Part shown: positions 37,529-47,565 of the stretch, piece by piece
How the letters are laid out: the number at the start of each line of letters is the position of its first letter
Numbering within the stretch: the first letter of the stretch is position 1
IMG/VR virus record: IMGVR_UViG_3300027672_001796
Strand: one strand, 5' to 3'
DNA length: 64,000 nt
DNA from: a virus
Taxonomy: Duplodnaviria > Caudoviricetes
Made by a program: the position numbers and the translations under genes
Notes under the pieces: model-generated
The model's input: only the letters and a program-made list of their open reading frames with translations
What the model was told of the DNA's origin: nothing
Databases searched by the model: none

Positions 37529-39196
37529 ATGAACAAGATGTTTACTTTTGCCGCCATAATGCTATTCGCATTCCAGGCCCAGGCAGAAAATATAGAAGAA
37601 GTAGTAGTATATGCCCAAGAGGTTAAAACTACAAAAGCAAGTCCGTTAACAAGTACAACTTTATTCGAGGCAATAATGCCTGATAAGACTTGGATGGCAG
37701 GTGGTTACGGAGCAAGTACAATGTTCAGAGAACGTGGTGCTCAATCTGTACATACCGTAGTATATAAAAATGGTGTTCCAGCAAACAACCCAGGCAGTGG
37801 TTGGTATGATTTTGGACACGACATTACTAGTGGCGAAACAGTAAAAGTTATTAGTGGTGCAAACGGAGTTATGTACGGCTCAGGCAGTATAGCTGGAACA
37901 GTACTAATTCAAGACACTATTGATACTAGTGTAACTGCAAGGCTTGGTTCAAACCACCAGCAGTATATTAGTGTTGCCCCTACAAGTTGGTTCCAGTATT
38001 CAGACTTTAGTGTAGAGCAACAAACAAGGAATGATAATACTGAAACAGACAAGTACGAAAACAAGAGTGCTAAAATTATAGCAGACGCCGGCGACTTTAA
38101 GTTTATAGTTAATGCAGTAGATTATGCTTACGATTATGACAACTGTTATACACCAGAGTTCACTCAATCAAACGATTGTTTACAAGACGGTCAAAAAGTT
38201 ACAGTTAGTGTAAGGAACGAATACTTTACTCTAGGTAGAACAGAAGAGAAAGCAGAATATTTTACTGAAGGTGTAAGTACATATCAAAACGAAAGCAGTA
38301 GAGATTATTTCAGAATAGGCGACACTACAAATTTGTCGACACTACTTGAAGTAACATATGGTGTAGATGGTAGCAAAGAACAATACAATGAACATAGCGA
38401 TGATAACTATGGCGTGTTTCTAAGTGTTGATGCACAATTTATTCTAGACTACAACTTTGGAATTAGGTATGGCAACGATGACCAGAATGCATTGCGTTTT
38501 GGAATAGCTAAAGACCAGTTCTATCTTAACGTAGGTACTAGTTTTAGAAAGCCTAACTTGTACGAGCTTTACGGCGACAGTTACGTTGATGCTAATGATG
38601 AGCTAATGCCAGAAGAAGGCACAGGCTATGAGATTGGTTTTGGTGCTTTAAGTTTATTTAGATATGACTTTGAAGAATCAATTGAGTATACTCCTGGCTT
38701 TAATACTATAATGCCTATTGCAAATGCAATTGACGAAAGCGATGATATTATAGAGATGGTAGAACCAGCTAGTAGTACTGATGTGTGGACCAATGCAAGG
38801 TATTACAATGCAGGCAGTTACTCTACACAGGGTGTTAGATTCTCTAATAACTTTGGACCAGTAAGTGTTATGATAAAGTACAACGATTCTGATAAAGCAA
38901 GAGTGGCACAGTACATTACAGTTCTAACATACAAAAAGATGTGGAAAGAAATTGCATACAAAGTAAGGTATGTAGGATCATTTGACAGAACACCTGGTCT
39001 GTATGATACACTTCCAACTGGACAAGAATACTTAGACGACCTTAAGAAGCTAAACTTTTATGCAGTAAAAAAACTTCCTAATAACACTACTATTTCTTTT
39101 ACAGCATTAAACTTAACAAACGAACAAGCAGAGGTTCTTCCTTATTATAATAATAAAGGCAGAGAATTTAACTTGACAATTCAGTACAACTGGTAG
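37529..39196 (+). CDS. TonB-dependent outer-membrane receptor-like protein
   Basis: Signal peptide (AQA|E); TonB-box-like IEEVVVYA; plug motifs NGVPAN and VISGANGVMYGSGSIAGTV; FRKPNLYELY; PEEG..YEIG; C-terminal aromatic beta-signal (IQYNW). Confidence 0.85.
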   Translation: MNKMFTFAAIMLFAFQAQAENIEEVVVYAQEVKTTKASPLTSTTLFEAIMPDKTWMAGGYGASTMFRERGAQSVHTVVYKNGVPANNPGSGWYDFGHDITSGETVKVISGANGVMYGSGSIAGTVLIQDTIDTSVTARLGSNHQQYISVAPTSWFQYSDFSVEQQTRNDNTETDKYENKSAKIIADAGDFKFIVNAVDYAYDYDNCYTPEFTQSNDCLQDGQKVTVSVRNEYFTLGRTEEKAEYFTEGVSTYQNESSRDYFRIGDTTNLSTLLEVTYGVDGSKEQYNEHSDDNYGVFLSVDAQFILDYNFGIRYGNDDQNALRFGIAKDQFYLNVGTSFRKPNLYELYGDSYVDANDELMPEEGTGYEIGFGALSLFRYDFEESIEYTPGFNTIMPIANAIDESDDIIEMVEPASSTDVWTNARYYNAGSYSTQGVRFSNNFGPVSVMIKYNDSDKARVAQYITVLTYKKMWKEIAYKVRYVGSFDRTPGLYDTLPTGQEYLDDLKKLNFYAVKKLPNNTTISFTALNLTNEQAEVLPYYNNKGREFNLTIQYNW

Positions 39197-39202
39197 TATA
39201 AT
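39173..39202 (+). promoter_or_regulatory. Sigma70-like promoter inside the 3' end of the TBDR gene, ATG 5 nt after the -10
   Basis: TTGACA-18-TATAAT-aactt-ATG. Confidence 0.65.
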
Positions 39203-39207
39203 AACTT

Positions 39208-40665
39208 ATGCCTAAATGTGTTCTAGAGATTCGAGACGAAGTTAACGTAAAGTTTGCAGGATTAGATCCAGCAACAAGACGTAAGATTTCTGATGCGGCA
39301 AAATACTTTTTACCTTACGCCTACCACATGCCAGCTTATAAACTTGGCAGGTGGGATGGGTGTGTTAGGTATTGTGATATTGGCGGTAGAACATATATGA
39401 ACTTATTGGATAGATTACTACCCATAGTTCAAGACTGCGGATATAGTGTTGAAGTAGATGACCAGAGGAGCAAATGGCAGTTTGCATTTGAACCTATAAA
39501 TGAGTTAAGATATGAAAACACTATGTGGCCCAAAGGTCATCCAGCAGAAGGCTCGCCTGTAATACTAAGGGATTATCAAGTAGAAGTTATTAATAACTTT
39601 TTAAAGAATCCACAGAGTTTACAGCAAGTGGCTACAGGAGCCGGTAAGACTCTCATAACAGCCGCCTTAAGCGATATGTGTGAACCTTATGGGCGTAGTA
39701 TAGTTATTGTTCCTAATAAGGACTTAGTAGTACAAACAGAAAGAGACTATAAGAATTTAGGTCTTGATGTGGGAGTACTATTTGGTGACAGGAAACAGTA
39801 TGACAAAACTCATACTATTTGTACATGGCAGAGTTTAGCAGTACTAGAAAAGAAAAGTAAGAAGTTTGAAGCAGACTTTCCAATAGACCAGTTCTTAGAT
39901 GGAGTAGTTTGTATTATGGTAGATGAAGTACACAAGGCAAAAGCCGATGTACTCCAGAAACTATTAGGAGGAGTGTTTGCTAATGTTCCAATCCGTTGGG
40001 GATTAACAGGCACAATACCACAAGATGAACACGAAGCAGTTGGGTGTACTTGTTGCTTAGGTCCAGTTACTGGAAGTTTAAGTAGTAAAGAGTTACAAGA
40101 CAGAGGCGTCCTAGCAGACCTGGATATTAATATTTTTCAAATGCAAGACGGTGTGCAAGGCTTTACAGGTTATGCACAAGAATTAAAATGGCTAGTAACA
40201 GACCCTAAACGTATAGACCACTTGTCTTCAATTATTAATGGATTAGCCGATAACGGAAATACATTAGTGCTAATTGATAGACTTGCAACAGGTGAAATGT
40301 TTAAAGAAAGAAACCCTGAATGGGCATTTATATCAGGTGCAATGAAAGTGAAAGACAGGCAAGAAGAATATGCTGAAGTATCCGATATGGATAATAAAGT
40401 AATTGTAGCAACTTACGGAGTTGCCGCAGTTGGAATTAACATACCTAGAATCTTTAATCTTGTAATGGTAGAACCAGGCAAGAGTTTTGTTAGGGTAATT
40501 CAGAGTATTGGCAGAGGAATCCGTAAAGCAGAAGACAAGGACTATTTACAGGTAATCGATGTAACTAGTAATTTAAAATATAGTAAACGTCATTTGACAA
40601 AAAGGAAAGCCTTTTATAAAGAGCAATCTTTCAAATTTCAAGTTACCAAAGTGGAGTATAAATGA
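39208..40665 (+). CDS. uvsW: UvsW-like SF2 DNA helicase
   Basis: LRDYQ; ATGAGKT; DEVH; GLTGT; GINIP; QSIGRGIR. Confidence 0.93.
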   Translation: MPKCVLEIRDEVNVKFAGLDPATRRKISDAAKYFLPYAYHMPAYKLGRWDGCVRYCDIGGRTYMNLLDRLLPIVQDCGYSVEVDDQRSKWQFAFEPINELRYENTMWPKGHPAEGSPVILRDYQVEVINNFLKNPQSLQQVATGAGKTLITAALSDMCEPYGRSIVIVPNKDLVVQTERDYKNLGLDVGVLFGDRKQYDKTHTICTWQSLAVLEKKSKKFEADFPIDQFLDGVVCIMVDEVHKAKADVLQKLLGGVFANVPIRWGLTGTIPQDEHEAVGCTCCLGPVTGSLSSKELQDRGVLADLDINIFQMQDGVQGFTGYAQELKWLVTDPKRIDHLSSIINGLADNGNTLVLIDRLATGEMFKERNPEWAFISGAMKVKDRQEEYAEVSDMDNKVIVATYGVAAVGINIPRIFNLVMVEPGKSFVRVIQSIGRGIRKAEDKDYLQVIDVTSNLKYSKRHLTKRKAFYKEQSFKFQVTKVEYK

Positions 40666-41165
40666 AAATATTAACAGTTGAGAATACCGTATTTGAAATA
40701 GACCAAGTTCCGGATCAGATAGATGATGTCCGGTTTGCTGTGTTTGATACGACCGATCCGACATTTATGGATTACTATTTCCTACCCCTCATATTCCTAG
40801 AGAGTTTTTATGCTCCAGCAATATGTTTACAAATCGGTGAACACAATATTCAAATGCCGATGGATTGGAGTATAGCAATCACCGATGAAGATTTAACTGG
40901 CGTGGAAGTTATTCCATTAACTAGTTTAAACAATAGAGGCTTTTTAACAGTGGCATTAAATCCACTAAGCGGCTCACTGTTGTCAGCAGAAGAAATTAAA
41001 ATTACAAATATCTTTCAAGATGTGAAGTGGTTCTTTCCAAAGCTAAAAAATGGACACATGTTAATTGTACCTCTAGAAGATGGTCACAATCCTAAGTGTG
41101 TCATGTTTGTTAAAGAAGCAAATAAAATACCACATGAAATAGATATTGGTCAGTTAATTGACTAG
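40662..41165 (+). CDS. Hypothetical protein coupled to uvsW
   Basis: ATGA overlap; beta-rich. Confidence 0.75.
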   Translation: MKILTVENTVFEIDQVPDQIDDVRFAVFDTTDPTFMDYYFLPLIFLESFYAPAICLQIGEHNIQMPMDWSIAITDEDLTGVEVIPLTSLNNRGFLTVALNPLSGSLLSAEEIKITNIFQDVKWFFPKLKNGHMLIVPLEDGHNPKCVMFVKEANKIPHEIDIGQLID

Positions 41166-41174
41166 GAGGCTCAA

Positions 41175-41927
41175 ATGAGTTTAGATACAGATATAGATAA
41201 AATGACGCAGAAACTGAAAGGTGTAAAAAGGCGTTTTAGAATTGAAGCAGGATACCGAGGTGGCGAAGTAACAATTGGTACAGTTAACGAAGATTTCGTA
41301 GACTACTTTATGGATAAAGAAGAAAGCGAGTTAATAGATTATGTTACTAGTTTCGGTTGGGACGATGAAGATATAGATAACGATATTCCAATTCCTTACG
41401 AAGACTTTGAATCGTGGACAGAAACAACGGACATCGAACATATAAATGGTGCTTACTCAGATGACCAATTTACAGTCGAAGAAGTTAAAGCAGACGGTAG
41501 CGATGATTATCCCTACACCAATCAAATTGATATAGATGGATGGCATTTATACGGTAGAGAAGCATACCATGACACAACTAAGCCAGACGACATGACTGAT
41601 TATAAGCCAGTGCTACAATTTCATAGTAGTGAGAAAGGTGGATTTGGTTGTTGGTTTGTTGAAACTATAGGCGAAGATTTCGACCCTAACCAAATTGCAT
41701 TCAATACTGTTGAAACAATGTGTGGCGAAATTGTGGAAGACGTTTGGTATAAAAAAGAAGTATTAGAACAGGAATGGGATAATAACGATACAAACGGTAA
41801 AGGCTACTATGCAAGTGTAGGGTATATGAATATGAAATGGCATGACAACGATACCAAGTACACACCGGAGTATTTAGACGAAAACGAAATGTGGCTTGAT
41901 ATGGAAGATGAATTAAATGCCGAGTAG
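41175..41927 (+). CDS. Acidic hypothetical protein
   Basis: SD aggagg; 250 aa. Confidence 0.75.
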   Translation: MSLDTDIDKMTQKLKGVKRRFRIEAGYRGGEVTIGTVNEDFVDYFMDKEESELIDYVTSFGWDDEDIDNDIPIPYEDFESWTETTDIEHINGAYSDDQFTVEEVKADGSDDYPYTNQIDIDGWHLYGREAYHDTTKPDDMTDYKPVLQFHSSEKGGFGCWFVETIGEDFDPNQIAFNTVETMCGEIVEDVWYKKEVLEQEWDNNDTNGKGYYASVGYMNMKWHDNDTKYTPEYLDENEMWLDMEDELNAE

Positions 41928-42474
41928 TTATAATATTGATTTAAAAGATAGTATTAGAACAGTTTCCGGATTTCCAAAAGCAGGTATTGAATTTAGAGAT
42001 ATTACAAGCCTGCTAGAAAACCCCGAAGCATTTAACAAGTCATTATCAGAGTTAACTTCATTAACAATGGGCTTTGGTGCTACTAAACTTATTGGCATTG
42101 AAAGTAGAGGGTTTGTATTTGGTGCTCCTATTGCCAGCGATCTAGACTTGCCTTTTATAATGGCTCGTAAGCCTGGTAAGTTGCCTGGTAAGATATATAG
42201 GAAAGACTACGAACTAGAATACGGTACTGCAAGTTTAAACATACAATGCAGTACAGACATTGCACCACACGACAAAGTAGTAATCATGGACGACTTAATT
42301 GCTACAGGCGGCACAGCAATAGCGTGTGCTGACATTGTACATGAACATTTTGCTGTACCAAAAGAAAATATTTTAATTTTAGCACTAATAGACTTGCCCA
42401 CACTTAAAGGAAGTGCTATAATAAAACAACATGGATACAGCGTAAACACACTAATCGAATTTGAAGGTGAATAA
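41917..42474 (+). CDS. apt: Adenine phosphoribosyltransferase
   Basis: FPKAGIEFRDIT; GIESRGF; RKPGKLPG; YELEYG; IMDDLIATGGT PRPP loop. Confidence 0.95.
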   Translation: MPSSYNIDLKDSIRTVSGFPKAGIEFRDITSLLENPEAFNKSLSELTSLTMGFGATKLIGIESRGFVFGAPIASDLDLPFIMARKPGKLPGKIYRKDYELEYGTASLNIQCSTDIAPHDKVVIMDDLIATGGTAIACADIVHEHFAVPKENILILALIDLPTLKGSAIIKQHGYSVNTLIEFEGE

Positions 42475-43015
42475 TATCAAAGATATAATTTTAATAGCAT
42501 TGGAGCAAGAAGCTCCTGAAATGGCTACATGGGAAAACGTTTTCTTTACTGGAGTAGGTAAAGTTAATGCAAGTATGACAGCGGCAAAGTTAATAGAAAG
42601 ATACAAGCCTGAACGTGTTTGGAACTTTGGTACTGCTGGAGGAATCACATTGCATAACGGCATACATCAAGTTGGTAAAGTTGTACAACGTGATATGAAA
42701 TGCACACAACTAGGTATCGAACTAGGAGAGACACCATTCGAACCAAACAGCAGAACAATTGTTATTGGTGAAGGCATCTCTTGTAGTACTGGAGATGATT
42801 TTGTTATAAATCCTAAACTGGCAATACCTACAGACATTGTTGAAATGGAAGCCTATGCAATTGCAAAAGTTTGTAAAAATGAAGTCGTAAAATTTTACTG
42901 TTATAAATACATCAGCGATACTGCAGATGAGGAAGCCGGATCTACATGGGCTGAAAATGTTGCTAATGGCGAGGAACACTTTATAAAAACATACAAGGAT
43001 TATCATGGCGGCTAA
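42461..43015 (+). CDS. mtnN: MTA/SAH nucleosidase (PNP/UDP family)
   Basis: TGVGKVNA; NFGTAGG; STGDDFV; VEMEAYAIA; YISDTAD. Confidence 0.85.
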   Translation: MKVNNIKDIILIALEQEAPEMATWENVFFTGVGKVNASMTAAKLIERYKPERVWNFGTAGGITLHNGIHQVGKVVQRDMKCTQLGIELGETPFEPNSRTIVIGEGISCSTGDDFVINPKLAIPTDIVEMEAYAIAKVCKNEVVKFYCYKYISDTADEEAGSTWAENVANGEEHFIKTYKDYHGG

Positions 43016-43478
43016 GAAGAAGGCACCAGCTATACCACTATCAGAAGTTATGAGAGCGATTGACGTAAAGGATCGAGGATGGTATACTAGGCTTGATGCA
43101 GAAAAGAAAAAGGCATTTAGTGCCTGGATGATGATGCGTTATGCTAGTTGTGTTCGAGGCCCAAAGTCAGCTGACTACTTATATATGGTTAACGAATGTA
43201 TTAATAATAGATTTAGTGATGTTAGTAAACATCCAGAATTACAATGGCTATTGTTTACTGTAGCTGGTTGTGGCAAAACGCAAAATCATGAATACATTAA
43301 ACCGCCGAACACTAGAAAAAAGAAAAACAAGGTGTTTACAGCAATATCAGAATTACTGCCACATTTAAAGCATGATGAGTTAGAGTTACTATTAAGTATA
43401 AACACTAAAGACGAACTCAAGCAATATGTTAAAGATGCTGGCGTTGAGGATAAAGAAATAAAAGAGATATTTAAATAA
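43005..43478 (+). CDS. Hypothetical protein, possibly clamp-loader small subunit-like
   Basis: Helical, with KHPELQW...HEYIKP; only a weak resemblance to T4 gp62. Confidence 0.35.
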   Translation: MAAKKKAPAIPLSEVMRAIDVKDRGWYTRLDAEKKKAFSAWMMMRYASCVRGPKSADYLYMVNECINNRFSDVSKHPELQWLLFTVAGCGKTQNHEYIKPPNTRKKKNKVFTAISELLPHLKHDELELLLSINTKDELKQYVKDAGVEDKEIKEIFK

Positions 43479-44146
43479 TGGAATGTAAGTGGTGCAAAAA
43501 ATCATTTAAGTCAGAGACTACTCTGGCAGTTCATATGTGTGTAAAGAAACGCAGATATGCAGACAAGGATATGAGCCACATACGATTAAGCCACCGTGCA
43601 TTCCAAATGTTTTATGATTTAAATACTAGTGCTAAACATCCTAAGACAATGGAAGACTTTATTGTAAGTCCTTATTACGAATCATTTGTTAAATTTGGCA
43701 GAGCATGTCAAGTGAACGAATGGCTACAGCCAGAACAATTTACAGAATGGCTAATTAAGACAGGCGTAAAATTAAAGTTATGGATATCTGATGCACAGTA
43801 CGATAAGTTTTTAAAAGAATATGTAAAAAAAGAGCCTGGTCTAAAAGCATTAGAGCGAACTGTAATTTACATGTCCAAGTGGGGAGAAGAACATAATGAA
43901 ATATGGCAGTCATACTTTATTAATGTATCTCCTAGCAGAGCAGTATATGATATACGTTCAGGCAAAGTAAGTCCTTGGGTGTTGTATTTAAGTGACACAG
44001 GCGGAACATTGTTAGAACGTTTTAACGATGAACAAATAAAAATGATACAAGATAATATAGATCCTCCGTTTTGGATGAAACTATTTAAAAATAACAAAGA
44101 TGAAGTAGCAGAGATTAAAGAAACATGCGTGAGAGCAAATCTATGA
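43478..44146 (+). CDS. Protein with N-terminal C2H2/C2HC zinc-finger motif
   Basis: C-x2-C-x3-F-x5-L-x2-H-x-C. Confidence 0.65.
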   Translation: MECKWCKKSFKSETTLAVHMCVKKRRYADKDMSHIRLSHRAFQMFYDLNTSAKHPKTMEDFIVSPYYESFVKFGRACQVNEWLQPEQFTEWLIKTGVKLKLWISDAQYDKFLKEYVKKEPGLKALERTVIYMSKWGEEHNEIWQSYFINVSPSRAVYDIRSGKVSPWVLYLSDTGGTLLERFNDEQIKMIQDNIDPPFWMKLFKNNKDEVAEIKETCVRANL

Positions 44147-44988
44147 GGAAAAAAAATAAGCTGATGGTCAGTGGAGCAAGTTATTCCGCCGCTAATTGGA
44201 ACGAACCACATTGGGCAGACATTATTGCAGAACAAGGCGACTTTAAAAAAGTAGAATTTGAAGGCATTAATTGGAGTGATTGGGAAGCCGGCGCATTTGT
44301 TACTATTGGTAGATTATTAAACGATAGAAAAATATCCCATTTAATTTATACTGGTACATTTACATTTGTAGAGCAATTACAACAAGAAAACATACCTGAT
44401 AAGAAGAGTTTATTTGACCTAAATGAAAAGATAGTGATAGACATGGCTAGAACTCCAGCATTTTTATCTAAACTTGGAATACTGTTTAGCAATTTCCTGC
44501 CTACTAAGTCCAGAGATCCAGCTGGTAGAAGACTTGGTAATCGTGAATGGGTAGCACATAGAGGAGTTGTTGCAAGTGAAGTACCTGTAGTACCTGCAAA
44601 TAAAGTAGTTGACAAATTTGGTCAAGTGTTTGTAGGGTTAGAAGATAAAGAGTTTTATACTACTCCTCAATATAAACGATATTTAAGAGCATTATCCAGT
44701 ATATCATTAGTTAAAGCGATATGTGACCAATTGGGGGTCAAAGTAATATTATTGCCCTTCCCTTTCACAGACGATTTAACTTCCAGCACATTAACAAGGT
44801 TACCAGACTTTTCGTTAATGGATATTTGGGACATTATTCCAGAATCATTTGGCTCTATTGAAAACTGGAGAAAATTATCATCGGAACGAGGCTGGATACC
44901 TTTAGCTTCGCACTTTGATGATTGGGGACATGACCAAGTAGCAAAAGCATTTTTAAACAACGATAACAATAAGGAATTTTTAAAATAA
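44143..44988 (+). CDS. SGNH/GDSL-like hydrolase or acyltransferase
   Basis: VSGASYS block I; C-terminal SHFDDWGH. Confidence 0.5.
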   Translation: MRKKNKLMVSGASYSAANWNEPHWADIIAEQGDFKKVEFEGINWSDWEAGAFVTIGRLLNDRKISHLIYTGTFTFVEQLQQENIPDKKSLFDLNEKIVIDMARTPAFLSKLGILFSNFLPTKSRDPAGRRLGNREWVAHRGVVASEVPVVPANKVVDKFGQVFVGLEDKEFYTTPQYKRYLRALSSISLVKAICDQLGVKVILLPFPFTDDLTSSTLTRLPDFSLMDIWDIIPESFGSIENWRKLSSERGWIPLASHFDDWGHDQVAKAFLNNDNNKEFLK

Positions 44989-45677
44989 TGAAAGCAAAGA
45001 TAATTAGTTATAGTCAAGCACCAGACCCATCCGGATTAGATAAAGATTCAAGTCTATTAGGCTTAGTGGCATATTGTGCCAGGGTAAGTAATCCAGAAAA
45101 TCAAGACAATACAAAAACAAATGACAAGCTAGTAAAGTATCTAATGAAGCACAAACATTGGAGCCCACTTGAAATGGTAAGTGTTTGTATGGAAGTAGAA
45201 ACTACTAGAGACATTGCTAGACAATTATTGAGACACAGAAGTTTTAGTTTCCAAGAGTTTAGTCAACGTTACGCAGACCCTACAAAAGATTTAGCATTTG
45301 AGATTAGACAAGCAAGATTACAAGATCCTGTTAATAGGCAAAACAGTATTGAACTTGATCCTGAGATGGATGGACATGCAGTACTCCAAGGCGAATGGAA
45401 AAACAAGCAACAACGAGTTATAGACGCATCCTTAGACGCTTACAATTGGGCTATAAGCAAAGGAATTGCTAAAGAGCAGGCAAGAGCAGTACTTCCAGAA
45501 GGAAACACACTAAGCAGGCTCTACGTGAATGGTACACTTCGTAGCTGGATACATTATATTGAATTGCGTGGATCAAATGGCACACAGTTAGAACATATGG
45601 AATTAGCACATGCAGTAGCAGAAGTTATTGCAACGGTATTCCCAATGGCTGGAGAATTTGCTGGAAAAGAGATATGA
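44988..45677 (+). CDS. thyX: Flavin-dependent thymidylate synthase
   Basis: HWSPLE; RHRSFSFQEFSQRY; AKEQARAVLP. Confidence 0.96.
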   Translation: MKAKIISYSQAPDPSGLDKDSSLLGLVAYCARVSNPENQDNTKTNDKLVKYLMKHKHWSPLEMVSVCMEVETTRDIARQLLRHRSFSFQEFSQRYADPTKDLAFEIRQARLQDPVNRQNSIELDPEMDGHAVLQGEWKNKQQRVIDASLDAYNWAISKGIAKEQARAVLPEGNTLSRLYVNGTLRSWIHYIELRGSNGTQLEHMELAHAVAEVIATVFPMAGEFAGKEI

Positions 45678-45853
45678 ATAAGTATTGGAAAGTTTGGGCA
45701 AAAAGTTTAGGCGAGAAAGTCGGCGAAACAGATACCCAAGCAAATACTGTAGCAGGAATTAGAACGGTATGGTGGTTAACTCACATGTTGACATGTGTTG
45801 CTATTATACTTAATGCAATTGCTAACCACGGTTGGGGTTTAATCGGACTATGA
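45674..45853 (+). CDS. 59-aa membrane peptide, not in the ORF track
   Basis: [17 protein letters not shown]...[11 protein letters not shown]; ATGA overlaps at both ends. Confidence 0.65.
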   Translation: MNKYWKVWAKSLGEKVGETDTQANTVAGIRTVWWLTHMLTCVAIILNAIANHGWGLIGL

Positions 45854-46992
45854 ATATGGATACAAAAATAAGAGAAATCTTAGATAAAGAAACAGTACGT
45901 CAAGATAACACAATAGAGCTTATAGCAAGTGAAAACTATGCCAGCGATGCAGTAATGGAATTAAGCGGAAGTGTATTTACTAATAAGTATGCAGAAGGTT
46001 ATCCTGGAGCACGATACTATAACGGTTGCGAACATATGGACGAAATTGAAACCCTTGCAATCGAAGAGGTTAAGAAGTTATTTGGTTGTAACTTTGCTAA
46101 TGTACAACCGCATTGTGGTGCTAATGCCAATACAGCAGTATACCAAGCATTCTTAAAGCCGGGCGATACAATACTTGGCATGGATTTAGCAAGTGGTGGA
46201 CATTTAAGCCATGGCAGTAAGCCAAATATATCAGGCAAGGTTTACCAAGCATATCATTATGGTGTTGACGATGATGGTTACATCGATTATGTTGAAGTTC
46301 AAATGTTAGCCGAACGTCACAAGCCAAAGATGATTGTTGCTGGTGCTAGTGCATACCCACGTGAAATTGATTGGGGATGGTTTAGAGCTATTGCTGATTC
46401 AGTAGGAGCATTGTTATTAGTTGACATGGCACACTACAGTGGACTAGTTGCAGGCAAGGCATATCCAAGTCCGCTACCTTATGCAGATGTAGTTACGTCA
46501 ACTACACACAAGACATTACGAGGTCCTAGGGGCGGCATTATATTGTGGAATAACGAAGAATACTCTAAACGTATTAATAGTGCAATCTTTCCTGGAACAC
46601 AAGGTGGTCCGTTGATGCATTTAATTGCCGCAAAAGCACAATGTTTTATTGAGGCAAACACTCCGTCTTTCAGTCAGTATGCAAAAGATGTTGTTATAAA
46701 TGCTCAGGCATTTGCAAAGCAACTTACAGCAAATGGATTTAACTGCTTGACAAACGGCACAGATTCGCATATAATATTACTTGACTTAACTAATAGAGGT
46801 GTAAGTGGTAAAGATGCCGCGAACATGTTAGAGGCGAATGGTATTACTGTAAACAAAAACGGCATACCAAATGACCCTAGAAGTTTTACAGAAACAAGTG
46901 GTATTCGATTAGGTACTGCCGCTGAAACAACTAAAGGACATGACGCTAAATGGTTTGTAAACTTAGCAAACACGATAGCTAAAATAATATGA
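45850..46992 (+). CDS. glyA: Serine hydroxymethyltransferase
   Basis: LIASEN; NKYAEGYPG; GGHLSHG; DMAH; [13 protein letters not shown]; FPGTQGGP. Confidence 0.98.
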   Translation: MNMDTKIREILDKETVRQDNTIELIASENYASDAVMELSGSVFTNKYAEGYPGARYYNGCEHMDEIETLAIEEVKKLFGCNFANVQPHCGANANTAVYQAFLKPGDTILGMDLASGGHLSHGSKPNISGKVYQAYHYGVDDDGYIDYVEVQMLAERHKPKMIVAGASAYPREIDWGWFRAIADSVGALLLVDMAHYSGLVAGKAYPSPLPYADVVTSTTHKTLRGPRGGIILWNNEEYSKRINSAIFPGTQGGPLMHLIAAKAQCFIEANTPSFSQYAKDVVINAQAFAKQLTANGFNCLTNGTDSHIILLDLTNRGVSGKDAANMLEANGITVNKNGIPNDPRSFTETSGIRLGTAAETTKGHDAKWFVNLANTIAKII

Positions 46993-47561
46993 ATATAGAT
47001 TTTGACGTAGACATTGATATGGCTGATAGGGATAAGTTACTAGAACTTATTCAACATACGCCAGCAAGTATCAAACGTGGAATAGAATTTGAAAAGCATA
47101 ACACTGGAGTGTATGTGCAACCTATTCCTATGTTTCCGTTAAAAGGCTTTAGTACAATAGACCACAAAGAAGCAGAAGCAGTTGGTTACTTTAAATTAGA
47201 TGTATTGAACAACCACATTTACAATGGCGTTAAAAGTGAACAGCATTTAGATAAACTTTTAGCAACAGAACCTATGTGGGAGTTGTTTGAGCATAAAGAA
47301 ATTGTTGACCAACTGTTTCATATTAGCAAACACCACGACATTGTTAAACAACACTTACCTAATAGTGTGGAAGACTTAGCAATGATACTTGCACTTATAA
47401 GACCAGGCAAACGACATTTGGTTGGTAATACTTGGGAAGTTATTTCAAAAGAAGTATGGGAACAAACTGATGGTTACTTCTTTAAAAGAAGTCATGCAAT
47501 TGGATATGCTACAGCTATTATTGTGCAGTTAAATTTAATCTTAGAGCAATTAGGTAAGTAA
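46989..47561 (+). CDS. Minimal DnaE (family C DNA polymerase) palm-like protein
   Basis: DFDVDID (catalytic DxD); KHNTGVY; YFKLDVL (third Asp); ALIRPG; [10 protein letters not shown]. Confidence 0.8.
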   Translation: MNIDFDVDIDMADRDKLLELIQHTPASIKRGIEFEKHNTGVYVQPIPMFPLKGFSTIDHKEAEAVGYFKLDVLNNHIYNGVKSEQHLDKLLATEPMWELFEHKEIVDQLFHISKHHDIVKQHLPNSVEDLAMILALIRPGKRHLVGNTWEVISKEVWEQTDGYFFKRSHAIGYATAIIVQLNLILEQLGK

Positions 47562-47565
47562 CGTC

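Noticed and set aside
40662-41165. Possible Hint-like fold in the gene after uvsW
   Set aside because: No N-terminal Cys/Ser or C-terminal His-Asn, and the resemblance is too weak without a profile search.
41917-46992. Host chromosomal contamination (apt, mtnN, glyA, also fpr/fabZ/TBDR)
   Set aside because: These genes are translationally coupled to phage genes, use the phage promoter motifs and have similar composition.
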